In this document: positions 50,016 to 62,000 of the stretch, one piece after another
How the letters are laid out: the number at the start of each line of letters is the position of its first letter
Position numbering within the stretch: the first letter of the stretch is position 1
Source: Amoebophrya sp. A120
Lineage: Eukaryota > Protista > Dinoflagellata
NCBI GenBank assembly: GCA_905178155.1
Contig: CAJINV010000005.1
Span: forward strand, 8,120,515-8,184,514
Length of the DNA stretch: 64,000 nucleotides
Direction: 5' to 3'
The notes under the pieces: model-generated
Databases searched by the model: none
Seen by the model: only the letters and a program-made list of their open reading frames with translations
What the model was told of the DNA's origin: nothing
Translations under genes and position numbers: made by a program

Positions 50016-53000
50016 ATGCGACCGACCAGCCAGAGTCTTGTCTCCGGGCGGACGATCGCGGGAGACGGCGGCGGGGGTCCGCTACTTAATGCGGCAGAAA
50101 GCAGACCAAGGTCACGGCTCAGGTCGAATCGCAGAAGCGTGATGTTTTGTTCTCGAACAGGTGTAGTGGCGCTCATGGCCACAACTGGGGCAATATCACT
50201 ACCAGCAGCAACATTCGTTGCCGCCCAGGAGATGTTCCCCAAGCAAAACGGGAATGGTGCTGCAGCGGCACCACAAATGCAAATGATGCACCAGCAGCAA
50301 CAGGTAGAACAACAGCAACAGCAGCAACAGATCCAGGCCCAGGCCCAGCAAGCATCCGCCCAAACCACAAACTTCGACCACGTGACGAATCTGCTTTTAA
50401 CCGCCCGGCAAAGATCCACGAGCCAAAATCTCTCCTGCGCGCCGAGGGAAAGTGATAATCCCGGCAGTAATGTTGATCCGGTTCTGAATGTTTTCATGAT
50501 GTGGCCGGGGTCGCCGGAGACATTTTTGACCGAGTCCTACGCGTATCAACTGTAAAAATGTCTGGGTCTGGAAGAATCCAGCTTGTCATGCAGATTTTGG
50601 ATTCTAAAAAAATCTGTATTGCATGAGCAGCATAGAGAGTCCAAGTTTTGCTACACGGAAAGAGCATTTGTCATGCGGTATAGGCATCAGGAAGCCCTCA
50701 CAAAATCTGTGATGCTAGGGCATGCATCACAGACATCAGGAGTCATGCTTAATGTGCATGGCAAACCTGGCAATCTTCCAGACCCAGACATTTTTACATT
50801 TGATAGCGCGACGTTAGAATCCGTTCTCTTCCACCACCCAAATGCAAACATCTACGTGCTGAATTTACCAGATGGTTTTTTCGCTGAGAGGTACAACACG
50901 GAAGCGGGGTACTGTGTCTTCTCCGTCCCGTATGACGCTGCACAGCTTTTCCTCTCCCTTGTTTGTCATGCAAAATACCGAGTCCACCTCATGACTTTAA
51001 GCATTGCGCGCATGACAAGGTTTGGACGCCGGAAGAGGACTGCATTGCCTGTGTTGCTGCTCATGCTATACAAATGAGGGGGAGGTGGAGTTGTGCACTC
51101 TCATATGCCGCTAGATTGGAACGTCATTCGGGATATCATTTTCGTGGCCCTCGGGAAGTTGCACAGCGGGTTCAGCCTGGACATGATTTATCCTGAGTAA
51201 AAACGTCCCCACCCCATAGTCAAGATGGGAAACAGCTAGACAAATCCGTCAGCTTTGGTTGCTTCGCATGACAAGCTTGCCCTCGTAGTGTAATCCTGTT
51301 GAGGTAGTTATTAAGCAGCGTCACAGATCTAGAGTACCATGCTGATTCTAGCATCACAAGTTCCACAACACGAATAGAAACTGCTTCTCATGGGTCTCCG
51401 CATGAGAAACACCTTGAGCATGCAGATTCGCATGACAACTCTGGGGTGGGGACGTTTTCACTCAGCATATGATCTCCGAATTTCTCTACACCATGCAGAA
51501 CACCCCGGACCCGCCACTGACCATGGGGGTAGTTTGGAACGCTTTGATCTTTTCTATCGCAATAAAAAACTGGTTCACTGTAAACTTGTGATGCCTAGAA
51601 CGGAGCGCAAATGTGTTTGTCTTGCTACACATGCAACACAAACACATTGGATTTCTAGCTGTGTTTTCCCTTAGGAAGCACGCATGGACGCCAAGTCTTC
51701 TTTGTCATGTGTAGCAAACTTGTGATGCAGATCTTGCAAAATCACCACAGTGATACAGTTTTTTCGTGGGATATTTTCTCTTCAGCATTTGTTCGGTGGA
51801 TTGTTCATCCCGTTGGATGGATTACTTGTCGGTGCCATTGACCAATTTCTGGATTCGAAGATAGAGAAAACACTGGTTTTCACGGAACGAATCCTTCCGG
51901 AGAAGCTCCCCTGGGGCTTAAAGTTCGAAGAAGTGAAGCAACCACGATCCCTATCCTGAGAAAAAACGCCTCCACGACCCCATAGTCAAGTTGCTCGGAT
52001 GAATCTAGCAACACAGATCTCCAAGTTTTGGGAGCTGTGCATGACAAAATTCCCTTGGCAGTGTAGTGCTGGTTGGCAAGGTGGGAAGCCGCATGAGGAA
52101 GCTATTTTCTCATCCTGTTTACAGCATGACAAATTCCAAAACACAACTGGAAATCATGCCTCTCATGAAGCTGCGCATTACAAATCGATTCCTGTCATTG
52201 CGCATATGCAGGACAACTCTGGGGAGGTGGGGACGTTTTTTCTCAGGATAATCCCCTACCGACTTGGCGGACCTGGAAACGGGGATTTGCGGCGACGTGC
52301 AGATGTGCTTACGGCACATCCCATTGGGACACACAGTTGGGAGAGAGTACGTGCATTTCATCGTGGACCAAGTCCGAAATTGGAAAAACGGGTCGCCGGA
52401 TTTGGAAAAATTCGGCACGGAGAAGATGAGGTCGTGGATGACAACCCCAGTACAAGAACTTGAGAACCCTAATTCATTGTCAACAGACGGAACGCAGCAA
52501 ACGGCGAAGCTCACTCTCCTCCCCCATTGGGTGATTCAGGAACCTACTTTCGCCGACGGGTATAACGCACATATCTTAGTCGGCCCGGAAAAGCAAACCG
52601 AACTGTATATGACCTGCTCAAACGTTACAATCTCAAAGGTTACAATACAAGCTGGGATTTGTCTTGCATGATGAGCATGACAGACTCGTCGCAGAGCATT
52701 CCACTTTCTGCAGTACAAGTTTCGCCAGATTATAGTGCGGTTTGGAGCTGCTCGGAAACTTGTCATGCGTAATCCTGTGGAAAGAGGCTAGATCTTATCA
52801 TGCACTCTTGCATCACAGATTTCCATATTCTATTGTAACGCTTGCGATTGTAAGACCTGCGCGGGTTATACTGTACACACCGAGATTCCAACGCTCGAGT
52901 TCCGACTGGACGTTGGTGTCTACCGCGAAGTTGTGGCTGCCGTTACGGTATGGGCAGATATCCAGCCGAAACGCGCTTCGCTGGTCGGTCATGGACAGCG

Positions 53001-56000
53001 CATTGCTCTTGCAGTCGTTGCACTTGTCCCCCTACCCGTACCGGACCGCGTTTTACAATCACGACTGGGAGAAACATTATTTCAAAGATAACAGTTACCA
53101 CTTACTCATCGGCATTTCGGACCAGTACCGGAATTTCGCGCAATCCGGTCTCAACGAGACCATCCAGGCGGGGATTTCCGAGGGCGCCTACCCCGGAATA
53201 GTCGGCGGCTTCCGCACGTTCGGGCGGATCCGGGTGGTTGGCAGAAGCTGGAAAGGCGTTTGGAAAGAGTCGAGGGCATTGATTGCGGGGGATAGTCAAC
53301 AACAAACAACTCAACCGGCGAACAACAACCAGGTTGCTGTTACCCCACCAAAACCTGAAGACGCATTTCCCTACTCCGGCACGATCGCGGAGACGCAGAC
53401 TCCGAACCAGCTGCGGCTGCGGATTATGCATTACAGAAGTGTCGTGCCACTGCAAATCGCATGAGAAATTTTCTTAAGAGAAAGAGTTGAGCTTTGATGT
53501 CATGCTGAGTTGGGTAAGAAAACAGCAGGTCTGTCATGCATTCTTTCGATTAGTACCACGAGCGCGATGCTTTTGCATGGGATACGGATCACGGTGAACA
53601 AAAACGTGGAGTTTTTTTGCCGCAACGCCGCGATTTCTTCACAGTATGAGTGGAAGGATGAAAAATTGTTTGAGAAATGCGAAAACGCGCTGACATCTTC
53701 TTCTGCGGGAGCAGCTGGTATTTCTTACTTCTCAAGTAGTCGTGCAGCGCCGAAGAACGTTTTCAATTTTTGCGGCACCAGCCAGGAAATTAATTCCATC
53801 GTTATCATTCGTAAAAACGTCCCCACCCCAGAGTCAAGACGGGGATTTTGCAACACAAACCTGAAAGTTTTGGGAGCCACGCATGACAAGTTGCAGGCTG
53901 TAGTGTAATGCAGTTTAGCAAGGGAAGCCGCATAACAAATCCATCTCCTTATTCTGTTGACAGCATTACAACTTCCAAAACGCGATGGGAAATGCCTCTC
54001 ATGGGGATGCGCATTACAAATGCTCTTGTGCTTGCAGATCTGCATGACAACTCTGGGATGGGGATGTTTTTGCACAGGATAATCGTCCGGATGTTGAGCT
54101 ACCGGGGAAATTTCGACCACCAGAAGGAGTTACTCGAGGAGGAGGAAGTTGCGCGGGCGGCTGCAACCGCTTTACAGCACGGAATGATCGATCAGCCAGA
54201 GGACGCGCAGAACAACAAAATCAGGGAGAAAATCAACCAGCACTACGGCACGGCTAGTTTCACGCTATTTCAGAACTGTAAAGTCGAGGACGAGAGCTAC
54301 GAAAACCTCACCCTCGACCAGTACAAGGGGATTCAGATTGGGGAGAAGTTGTTCAAACAGCAGCAAATGTCAACCACAACGACCACCACGACCACAGTCG
54401 AAACGACGGAAACCGAGGAGATGACGCCATTACCGGGGATCCTCACCGGGCCGGTGAACCTGCCCCAACCGGGCGGCGCTTTGTCCGCGAAGGAGATCGA
54501 GGAGAAGTTTGGGCATTTGGAACGGAAAAACGTGTTGGATTTCCGAACGGTGCAGATTCTACTCGACAATCCAGAAGAAGTGATCACGATCGCGGCGCAC
54601 AGCGCGAGCCGGTGTTGGATGCTGGACCGGATGGAAGTGAGTTTGAAAACCAGTTACCCGAACATGAAAATCATCGGGACGTGCGAATGTGCGGAGGAAG
54701 GTAGAGTTGGATGTTTTTTTTTTGTGTTGCAGGATGTCATGTCTAGAAAAAAAAAATCCAATAGAAATTCTCCAACGCCCCAATAGAAATTCTCCGTATA
54801 GAGAATCTCCCGCGTCGAATCTATCTGCTCCCGCTTTGTCTTCGGTTGCGTCAGTCTGCTCTTCGCCTTCGCCTGGCGCAAAGAAAAGCTGTTGACCTTC
54901 CTCTGGCACAAAAGCCCACTCCCGCTTGACTTTTTCAAAGTGCTCTTTTTGTTCCGTGCCCATGGACGGGGAAAAAAGTTCCTGTGCATGTTTCGGCCTC
55001 TGGGGGTTCAGCTTTTTCTTCTTTTTTTGCCCGCCGTCAGTTGCGGGGAAAGAAAGAATAACTCCGCACCGACCTGGCGGCCGGCGTAGGGGAAATAGAG
55101 AATATTGCGCACACTCTGCGCGCGCGGGCTTTTTTTTGAGCGGCCAGACGCTCTTGCTCGCCGATGCGCGGCATCTGGCGGCGTGGCGGAAATGAAAAAA
55201 ATTTCTGCGCGCTGCGTCGCGGGGGCTTTTTCTTGTGAGCAGCCGGGCGCCCCTTTTCGCCGGCCCGCGCACCACATCAATCTTGCGGCGTGCTGGTATC
55301 GAAAAATAAATATGCGCGCCGTCGCCAGCGCCCCGCGCTTTGTAGCGATGCGGGATCGAATTCAAAAAATTTTCGTGCGCTGCGTGCGCGCGAGCTTGTT
55401 TCTCTGAGCGGCCGCGCGCTCCCGTTGCATGCCCGCGCGCCGCGCTTGGTGGCCATGCGGAATCGAATTCAAAAAATTTTTGCGCGCTGCGCGCGCGCGA
55501 TTTTGTTTCTCTGAGCGGCCGCGCATTCCCGTTGCCCGCGCGTCGCGCTTGGTGGCCATGCGGAATCGAATTCAAAAAATTTTCGCGCGCTGCGCGCGCG
55601 CGAGGTTTTTTCTCTGAGCGGCCGCGCACCCCCGTGGCCCCCCCGTGCGCCGCGCTTTGCTGCGATGCGTGTGGAAGTGAATTCAAAAAATTTTCGCGCA
55701 CTGCGCGCGCGCGAGTTTTTTTCTTTGAGCGGCCGGGCACTTCCACCGCCCGCGCGTCGCGTTTGGTGGTGGTGTGGGATCGAATTCCAAAAAATTTCGT
55801 GCGCTGCGCGCGCGCAAGTCCTTTTCTTTGAGCGGCCGCGCGCTTCCGTTGCCCGTGCGCCGCGCTTGGTTGCCATGCGGAATCGAATTCCAAAAATTTC
55901 CGCGCGCTGCGCGCGCGCGAGTTTTTTTCTTTGAGCGGCCGCGCACCCCCGTCGCCCTCCCCGGGCGCCGCGCTTGGTGGCGCGTGATGCGCGTGGAAGT

Positions 56001-59000
56001 GAATCGAGAAAATTTTCGCGCGCTGCGCGCGCGCGAGTTTTTTCCTCTGGGCGGCCGGGCACTCCCATCGCCCGCGCGCCGCGTGTTGTGGCGGTGTGGG
56101 ATCGACTTCCAAAAAATTTCGCGCGCTGTGCGCGCGCGAATTTGTTTCGCAGAGCGGCCGCGCACCCCGGCCGCCCGAGCGCCGCGCGTCCCTGGTGGCG
56201 ATGGGTATGGGGCCGAATTCAAAAAAATTTCGCGCGCTGCGCGCGCGCGAGTTTTTCTCTCTGAGCGGCCGCGCACCCCCGTCGCCCGCGCGGCGCGCCT
56301 GGTGGCGATGGATGCGGAATCGAATGCAAAAAGTTTTTGCGCGTCTTTTTCCTTGGCCGGTCGCGTATTTTCGTCGCCCGCGCTTCGCGCTTGGTGGCGA
56401 TGTGGGGTCGAGCTACAAACTTTTTGCGCGCTGCGCGCGCGCTTTTTCTTCTACTGGGCGGCCGCGCACTCCTTTGCGCGCGCCACACATGGTGGCGCGT
56501 TTGCTGGGATTGAAAAAAAGCTCTCGCGCATTTTGGTCGCGCGCGCGGAGTGCGGAGGGGATGGGTTAAATTCTCTCGCGCGGGCTGCAGCCATGCGTCG
56601 CGGTTGGATCGATGGAATGGGATAAATTCTTCTGCGTTGCGCGCCTGGTGTCCGTTTTTTCGAGCAGGCGGCGCGCGCTCCTTTTCGTGCGCCGCGACCC
56701 CCCGGCGTTGTTTGCGGGAGTGGAAAAAAAAACTCCTCGCGCTCCGCCCGCCTGGGCTTTTTCTTTCGTGCTGGCTCCCTTTTTCTGCGCGCCGCACCTA
56801 GGTGGCGGCGGACCGACGGTGTGGGGGCCAAAAAAAAATTCGCCCGCTGCGCGCGCAGGCCACCTCTCGGGCAGGCGCGTGGGTGTTCTCGCATGCCGTG
56901 TCTGGCGCCGTGGGTGGGAGGCCGCTAAGTGGGTCCATCAAAGATTTTCGAGGAGCGCCGCGCGCTCCTACGTTATCACGCGCCACACCTAGCTGGTGTG
57001 GGCCTGCGTCGCGAAGATAATCGCGCGGGCTGCCGCTAGACGGCCGGGCTGCGCCCAGGCTTTGCAGGCTAGCGAAGCCTTGGCTGAGAGGCTGGCAGAC
57101 TAGCACCCAGGCTTTGCAGGCTAGCAAAGCCTGGGTGCCAGGCTGGCAGGCTAGCAAAGCCTGGGCGCCAGGCTGGCAGGCTAGCAAAGCTGGGGCGCCA
57201 GGCTGGCAGGCTAGCAAAGCTTGGGTGCCAGGCTGGCAGGCTAGCAAAGCCTGGGTGCCAGCAGGCTGGCAGGCTAGCAAAGCCGGGGTTGCCAGCAGGC
57301 TGGCAGGCTAGCAAAGCCTGGGTTGCCAGCAGGCTGGCAGGCTAGCAAAGCCTGGGTTGCCAGGCTGGTAGCCAGGCTTCCTGGGTTGCTGGCTGGCAAC
57401 CTAGCATCTCAGATAGAGAAAAATCTCTATCCCAGATAGAGACTCTCTATCCCAGATGGAGAATCTCTATTTGGGATGGAGAGTCTCTATTTCGGCTTCG
57501 CCACTGGTGGAGGAGCTGCTGAAATATAGTAAAAAACATGTGGGAAAACAGTAAGAAACAGAAAAAGAAGAAAAAAGAAAGAAAAAGAAAGAAAGAAGAA
57601 GAAAAAAATGATACTCTTTATCCAGAATTTCTATTTTCCTCAGAGAGTCTCTATTTCAAATAGAGATTCTCTTAGATTTTCTATTTCGAGAGCCTGATGT
57701 GTCGTGGAAAAAAAAATGGTTTTTACCATGCTGATCAACTACATGACAAATTTCATCTTTTATGTCAAAAATTGCCGAAAAACTTCTACACCAGACCCCG
57801 TCTGCGACCCGACGCCGATCAAGAAGTCGGACATTCTCACCATCTATCCCGTCCCCTACGATTTTGGGTTATCCCAGGGCAAATATGCATTGCAAAAGTG
57901 TCTGGGTCTGGAAGAGTCATGCTGTTTTTGCATGACACAGAAGGTCTGCCATGGAAGCTGTAGCATCACAGGTTTCGAGAGGCTTCCGCAATGCCGAATC
58001 CGCATGACAAGTCCCTCACTTCGGTGAAAGAAAGTGTGCAGCTTTTGCTACCTATGCATGAGAGATTTTTCTGTGTTCTGAAATGCGCATCGCAAGTTTT
58101 TATTCTTCCAGACCCAGACATATTTGCAATCCATAGCGAAACGCGGCTGACAAATTTGGTCACGACGAAGTACTTGCTAATCCTGGACGACGATTTCGTG
58201 CGCACCCATCACACCTGCATTGAGTGTATGCTGGCGAAGATGTACAGCTATTGGCACACCAGTTTCCTCCCCCTGGACCTGGTCGGCTTCCCCGTTTTGG
58301 AAGACGAGAGGAACTTCGGCGCGTACCGGGGGAAGTTCCGGTTGCAGAACACGGCGCTGTTTTTAGAACCCTTTTACCACCAAAACGCCCCGGATGGGTG
58401 TATCCGGGTGGACTTCTGTCCCATGGTGTACTTGGCCCGGAAAGCCAGAATGGCGACGTTTGAGTGGAAGAAGGAATTGAAGGTGGGAGAGCACGAGTAT
58501 TTTTTATCAACTGCAAATATGTCTGGGTCTGGAAGGATGCAAACTTGTGATGCTGTCTTTGGATTCTTAAAAAATTTGTATTGCATGACCAGCAAGAGGA
58601 GTCCAGTTTGTACTACGTGGGGAAGGCATTTCTCATGCGTCACAGGCATCAGGAAATCCTCTAAAAATCTGTGATGCTGGACCATGCATTACAGGCATCG
58701 GGGGTCATGCAAAATATGCATTGCAAACCTCTCACTCTTCGAGACCCAGACATTTTTGCACTCGATATTTCTTCTACACGAACAAGTTAAAGGGGATCCA
58801 AACCGGGGTTTGCTTCGACAGTAGCTTCGCCCACGCTCGGCACAAGCCCAGCACCGCGGTGGCGAATTACCAGGGCAGGAGAGACAGGTTTTTGGACCTT
58901 ATTATCCTGTGTAAAAACGTCCTCGCCCCAGAGTTGTCATGCAAATCTGCATGCCAAAAAAGCCTCTCATGCGGAGCCCCATGAGAAGCGTTTTCCAGTT

Positions 59001-62000
59001 GTGCTTTGGAATTTCTGATGCTACATTCAGCATGATATGCTAGATCTGTGATGCTTCTGAACGACCCCAACAGGATTACACTACGAGGACAAACTTGTCA
59101 TGCGAAACAACCAAAGCTGCCTAATTTGTCTAGCAGATTTTCCATCTTGACTCTGGTAGGGGGACGTTTTTTACTCAGGATACTTATGATGGGCGCTTTT
59201 GGGGTTGGTGGAATCACAAGGGTCATGTATCTGTTTCGGACTTATCAGGTATAGTGCTTTATTGACATTATTTGTGATGCATAATCGCACTTGTGTTTTA
59301 TCGCTGGTTTTGTGGATGCGGCATTACAAACTCGGTTTCTAATACGCAAAAAACCACAACTTTCAGATGACCGAAACCAAGGATTTCGACGAGCTAGCGG
59401 ACCGCGAAGTCGTATGAAATGCCAAAGCATCGTAGTCGTATGAATTTGCATTACAAATTACCAGCCATGCTCCGGCTGCCGCCGGAGCGCAAGGCTGTCG
59501 GGCCGAGGCAAGACTGTTTGCCGATTGGACCGCAACACCACGGGCCTGCGCATAGCGAAACGTACTGGAATCCTGCCGCCTGTTTGCGTTGCGCCAACCC
59601 GCAGGACCGCTTGCGCGCTTCCCGCGCCTGTGGGCGCTCTGCGCAGGGAGCAGCTGCAAAGAACACCGGGGGCGAACAGAAGCCGCCCGGCGCGAGAGGG
59701 TAGGGCGAGAGGGTGGCGCGAGAGGGTTGCGCGAGAGGGCGGCGCAAGAGGGTGGCGCGAGAGGGTGCGCGAGAGGGTGGCACGGAAAGACGCCGAGCAA
59801 AACAAGTCCGCGAATGGTCTGCAGTGCGAAACATGGGCAGCACCATGCGGATTTGCGCCCATTTCTTTCTGTTTTTACCCTCTCGCAGACCTCTCGCAGA
59901 CCCTCTTTTTGACCTCTTTTGGGGGTCCCCGCTAATAATCCGGCTATACTCGCCAGTAGAGGTCTACAAAGGTGGCCGAGAGGTGGCCCAGAGGGTGCGC
60001 GAGAGGTCTCCCCTTATTCGCGCAACCTCTCGGCACCTCTGTCCACCTCTCGCTTGCCCTCTTTTTTACCTCTCGGCACCCTCCGAGGCGCTTACCGGCC
60101 CTAAAGGGCGAGCGGTTCGGCGGGCTATACTCGCGCCCCCTCTCGGCCACCCTCTCGAATGACCTCCCGCGCCACCTCTCCACCTCTGTCGACCTCTTTT
60201 TTACCTCTTTTGACCTCTTTTTGACCTCCCTGCCACCTCTCGTTTACCCTCTCTAGACCAGTATTTTCGCATGAATATAATAGATAGTAATCCCAGCATT
60301 ACAAATTTAGTTTGTAATGCTGATTCAGCTTGAAAAAGAGATTTGTAATGCATAAATGCAATTACTACGAGTGCGATACTTTTGCACAGGATAAGTCGCG
60401 CCCTGGGACATCTCGGACGACACTTGCGGCCCGAGTCAAGAGCCGGTCGCCTATCCTATGTAAAAACGTCCCCACGACCCCATAGTCAAGATGGGAAATC
60501 TGCTAGACAAATCATCCAGCTTTGGTTGCTGCGCATGACAAGTTTGGCCTCGTAGCGTAAGCGTGTTTACGTAGTTCAGCAGCATCACAGATCTAGCATA
60601 TCGCGCTGATTGTAGCAGCACAAAGGCGAAAACACGACGCGAGCATGCTTCTCATGGGGCTCCGCATGAGAAACATTTTGAGCATGCAGATTTGCATGAC
60701 AACTCCGGGGAGTAGGGACTGACGTTTGCACACGTGATATCGCCCCCTTCGTGGTTCTCTTTGTCGCCTTGCTGTCCGCCCCGGAGAATTCGAAGCAACG
60801 CATCTATCTGAGAACGAAGCAAAACTCCTGGCTGCAGAAGCTGAAGCAGATGGGGCAGTTGTCCTACTCCTTCATTGTTCCGGGTGACCCGAGCCAAACG
60901 CCCGGGGTGTTGCAGGAACAGGCGACGTATAATGACATGATTTTCGCCCCTCATGTCGAGTGGATTCCGAAGGTGGAAAGGGACAGCTACCAGCGGAAAT
61001 ACAACATCCGAGATAGCGGGATGAGCCCGGTGTTGGGGCAGCCGTTGAACCAAGAGTTCGGGGGCGGGTTACTGAGGTACGATGGATGGTGTGGTGGCTT
61101 TTTTTGATCGTCGTTTTTTATTTGTGGAGTTGTAGTTGCAAGAACACTTATTTCCAAAGTGTCCAGAACGACTATGCAGCATGAGCCCCTCGCGCATGAC
61201 AATGGTCGAAATAATGATCGTGCCATTTTTAAAATCATTTATCAGGTTCCTCTTTGAGTTCCTTCGAAAACGGTTCCAATTCCGCTGGGTGCTCATCCAA
61301 AACGACGATGTCTACCTCCACCTAGGCACCTTTCTGGACGTATCCCACAGAAAAAAGCAGGCAGTTCAGATTTGCAATGCAAAAATAAATACGCACAGAA
61401 TGGGTGGCCCCATAGCGTGCTGTTTATGATATGCAATACAGATTTTTTTGCGTATTTATTTTTGCATTAGAAACTGCCATGCTTTTTGTTTTTTCTGTGT
61501 GATAGGACGCTTTGTCCGATGCGGGCGAGCCGGAGAACAAAATCATAGGCAACCTCTATGCTGAGCAAAAACGTCCCCACCCCATAGTCAAGTTGGTAAA
61601 TCTGCAACACAAATCTCCAAGTTTTGGGAGTTGTGCATGACAAGTTATCATCTGCAGTCTTGTGCTGTTTAGCAAGGGAAGCCGCATGAGAAAACCATTT
61701 CCTCACGCTGTTTACAGCATTACAAATGCCAAGACACGAATGGAAATGCCTCTCATGGGGATGCGCATTACAGATGCTCCTGTCATTGCGCATTTGCATG
61801 ACAGCTCTGGGGTGGGGACGTTTTTACACAGGATAACCTCTTCACCGAGCCCGCGCTCGCGCCCGAGCAGTCGGTGGATGGCGTTTCTTTCGTGTTATCT
61901 CGGGATTTGTTCCAGGTGATGACGTATCAAATGCAAAAATGTCTGGGTCTGGAAGATTGCAAATATTTGTGGTGCAGAGTCTGCGTCACACAGAAGGTCT

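Larger units (their letters stand above)
54760..57690. mobile_element. putative ~2.9 kb non-autonomous element in a GT-AG intron
   Basis: imperfect inverted ends aatagaaattctc..atagagaatctc / gagattctcttagattttctatt; interior made of tandem repeats. Confidence 0.45.

Noticed and set aside
54559-56797. Long ORFs (517, 283, 199, 197 aa) on both strands
   Set aside because: They translate a stop-poor GC-rich minisatellite inside an intron; no domain recognisable
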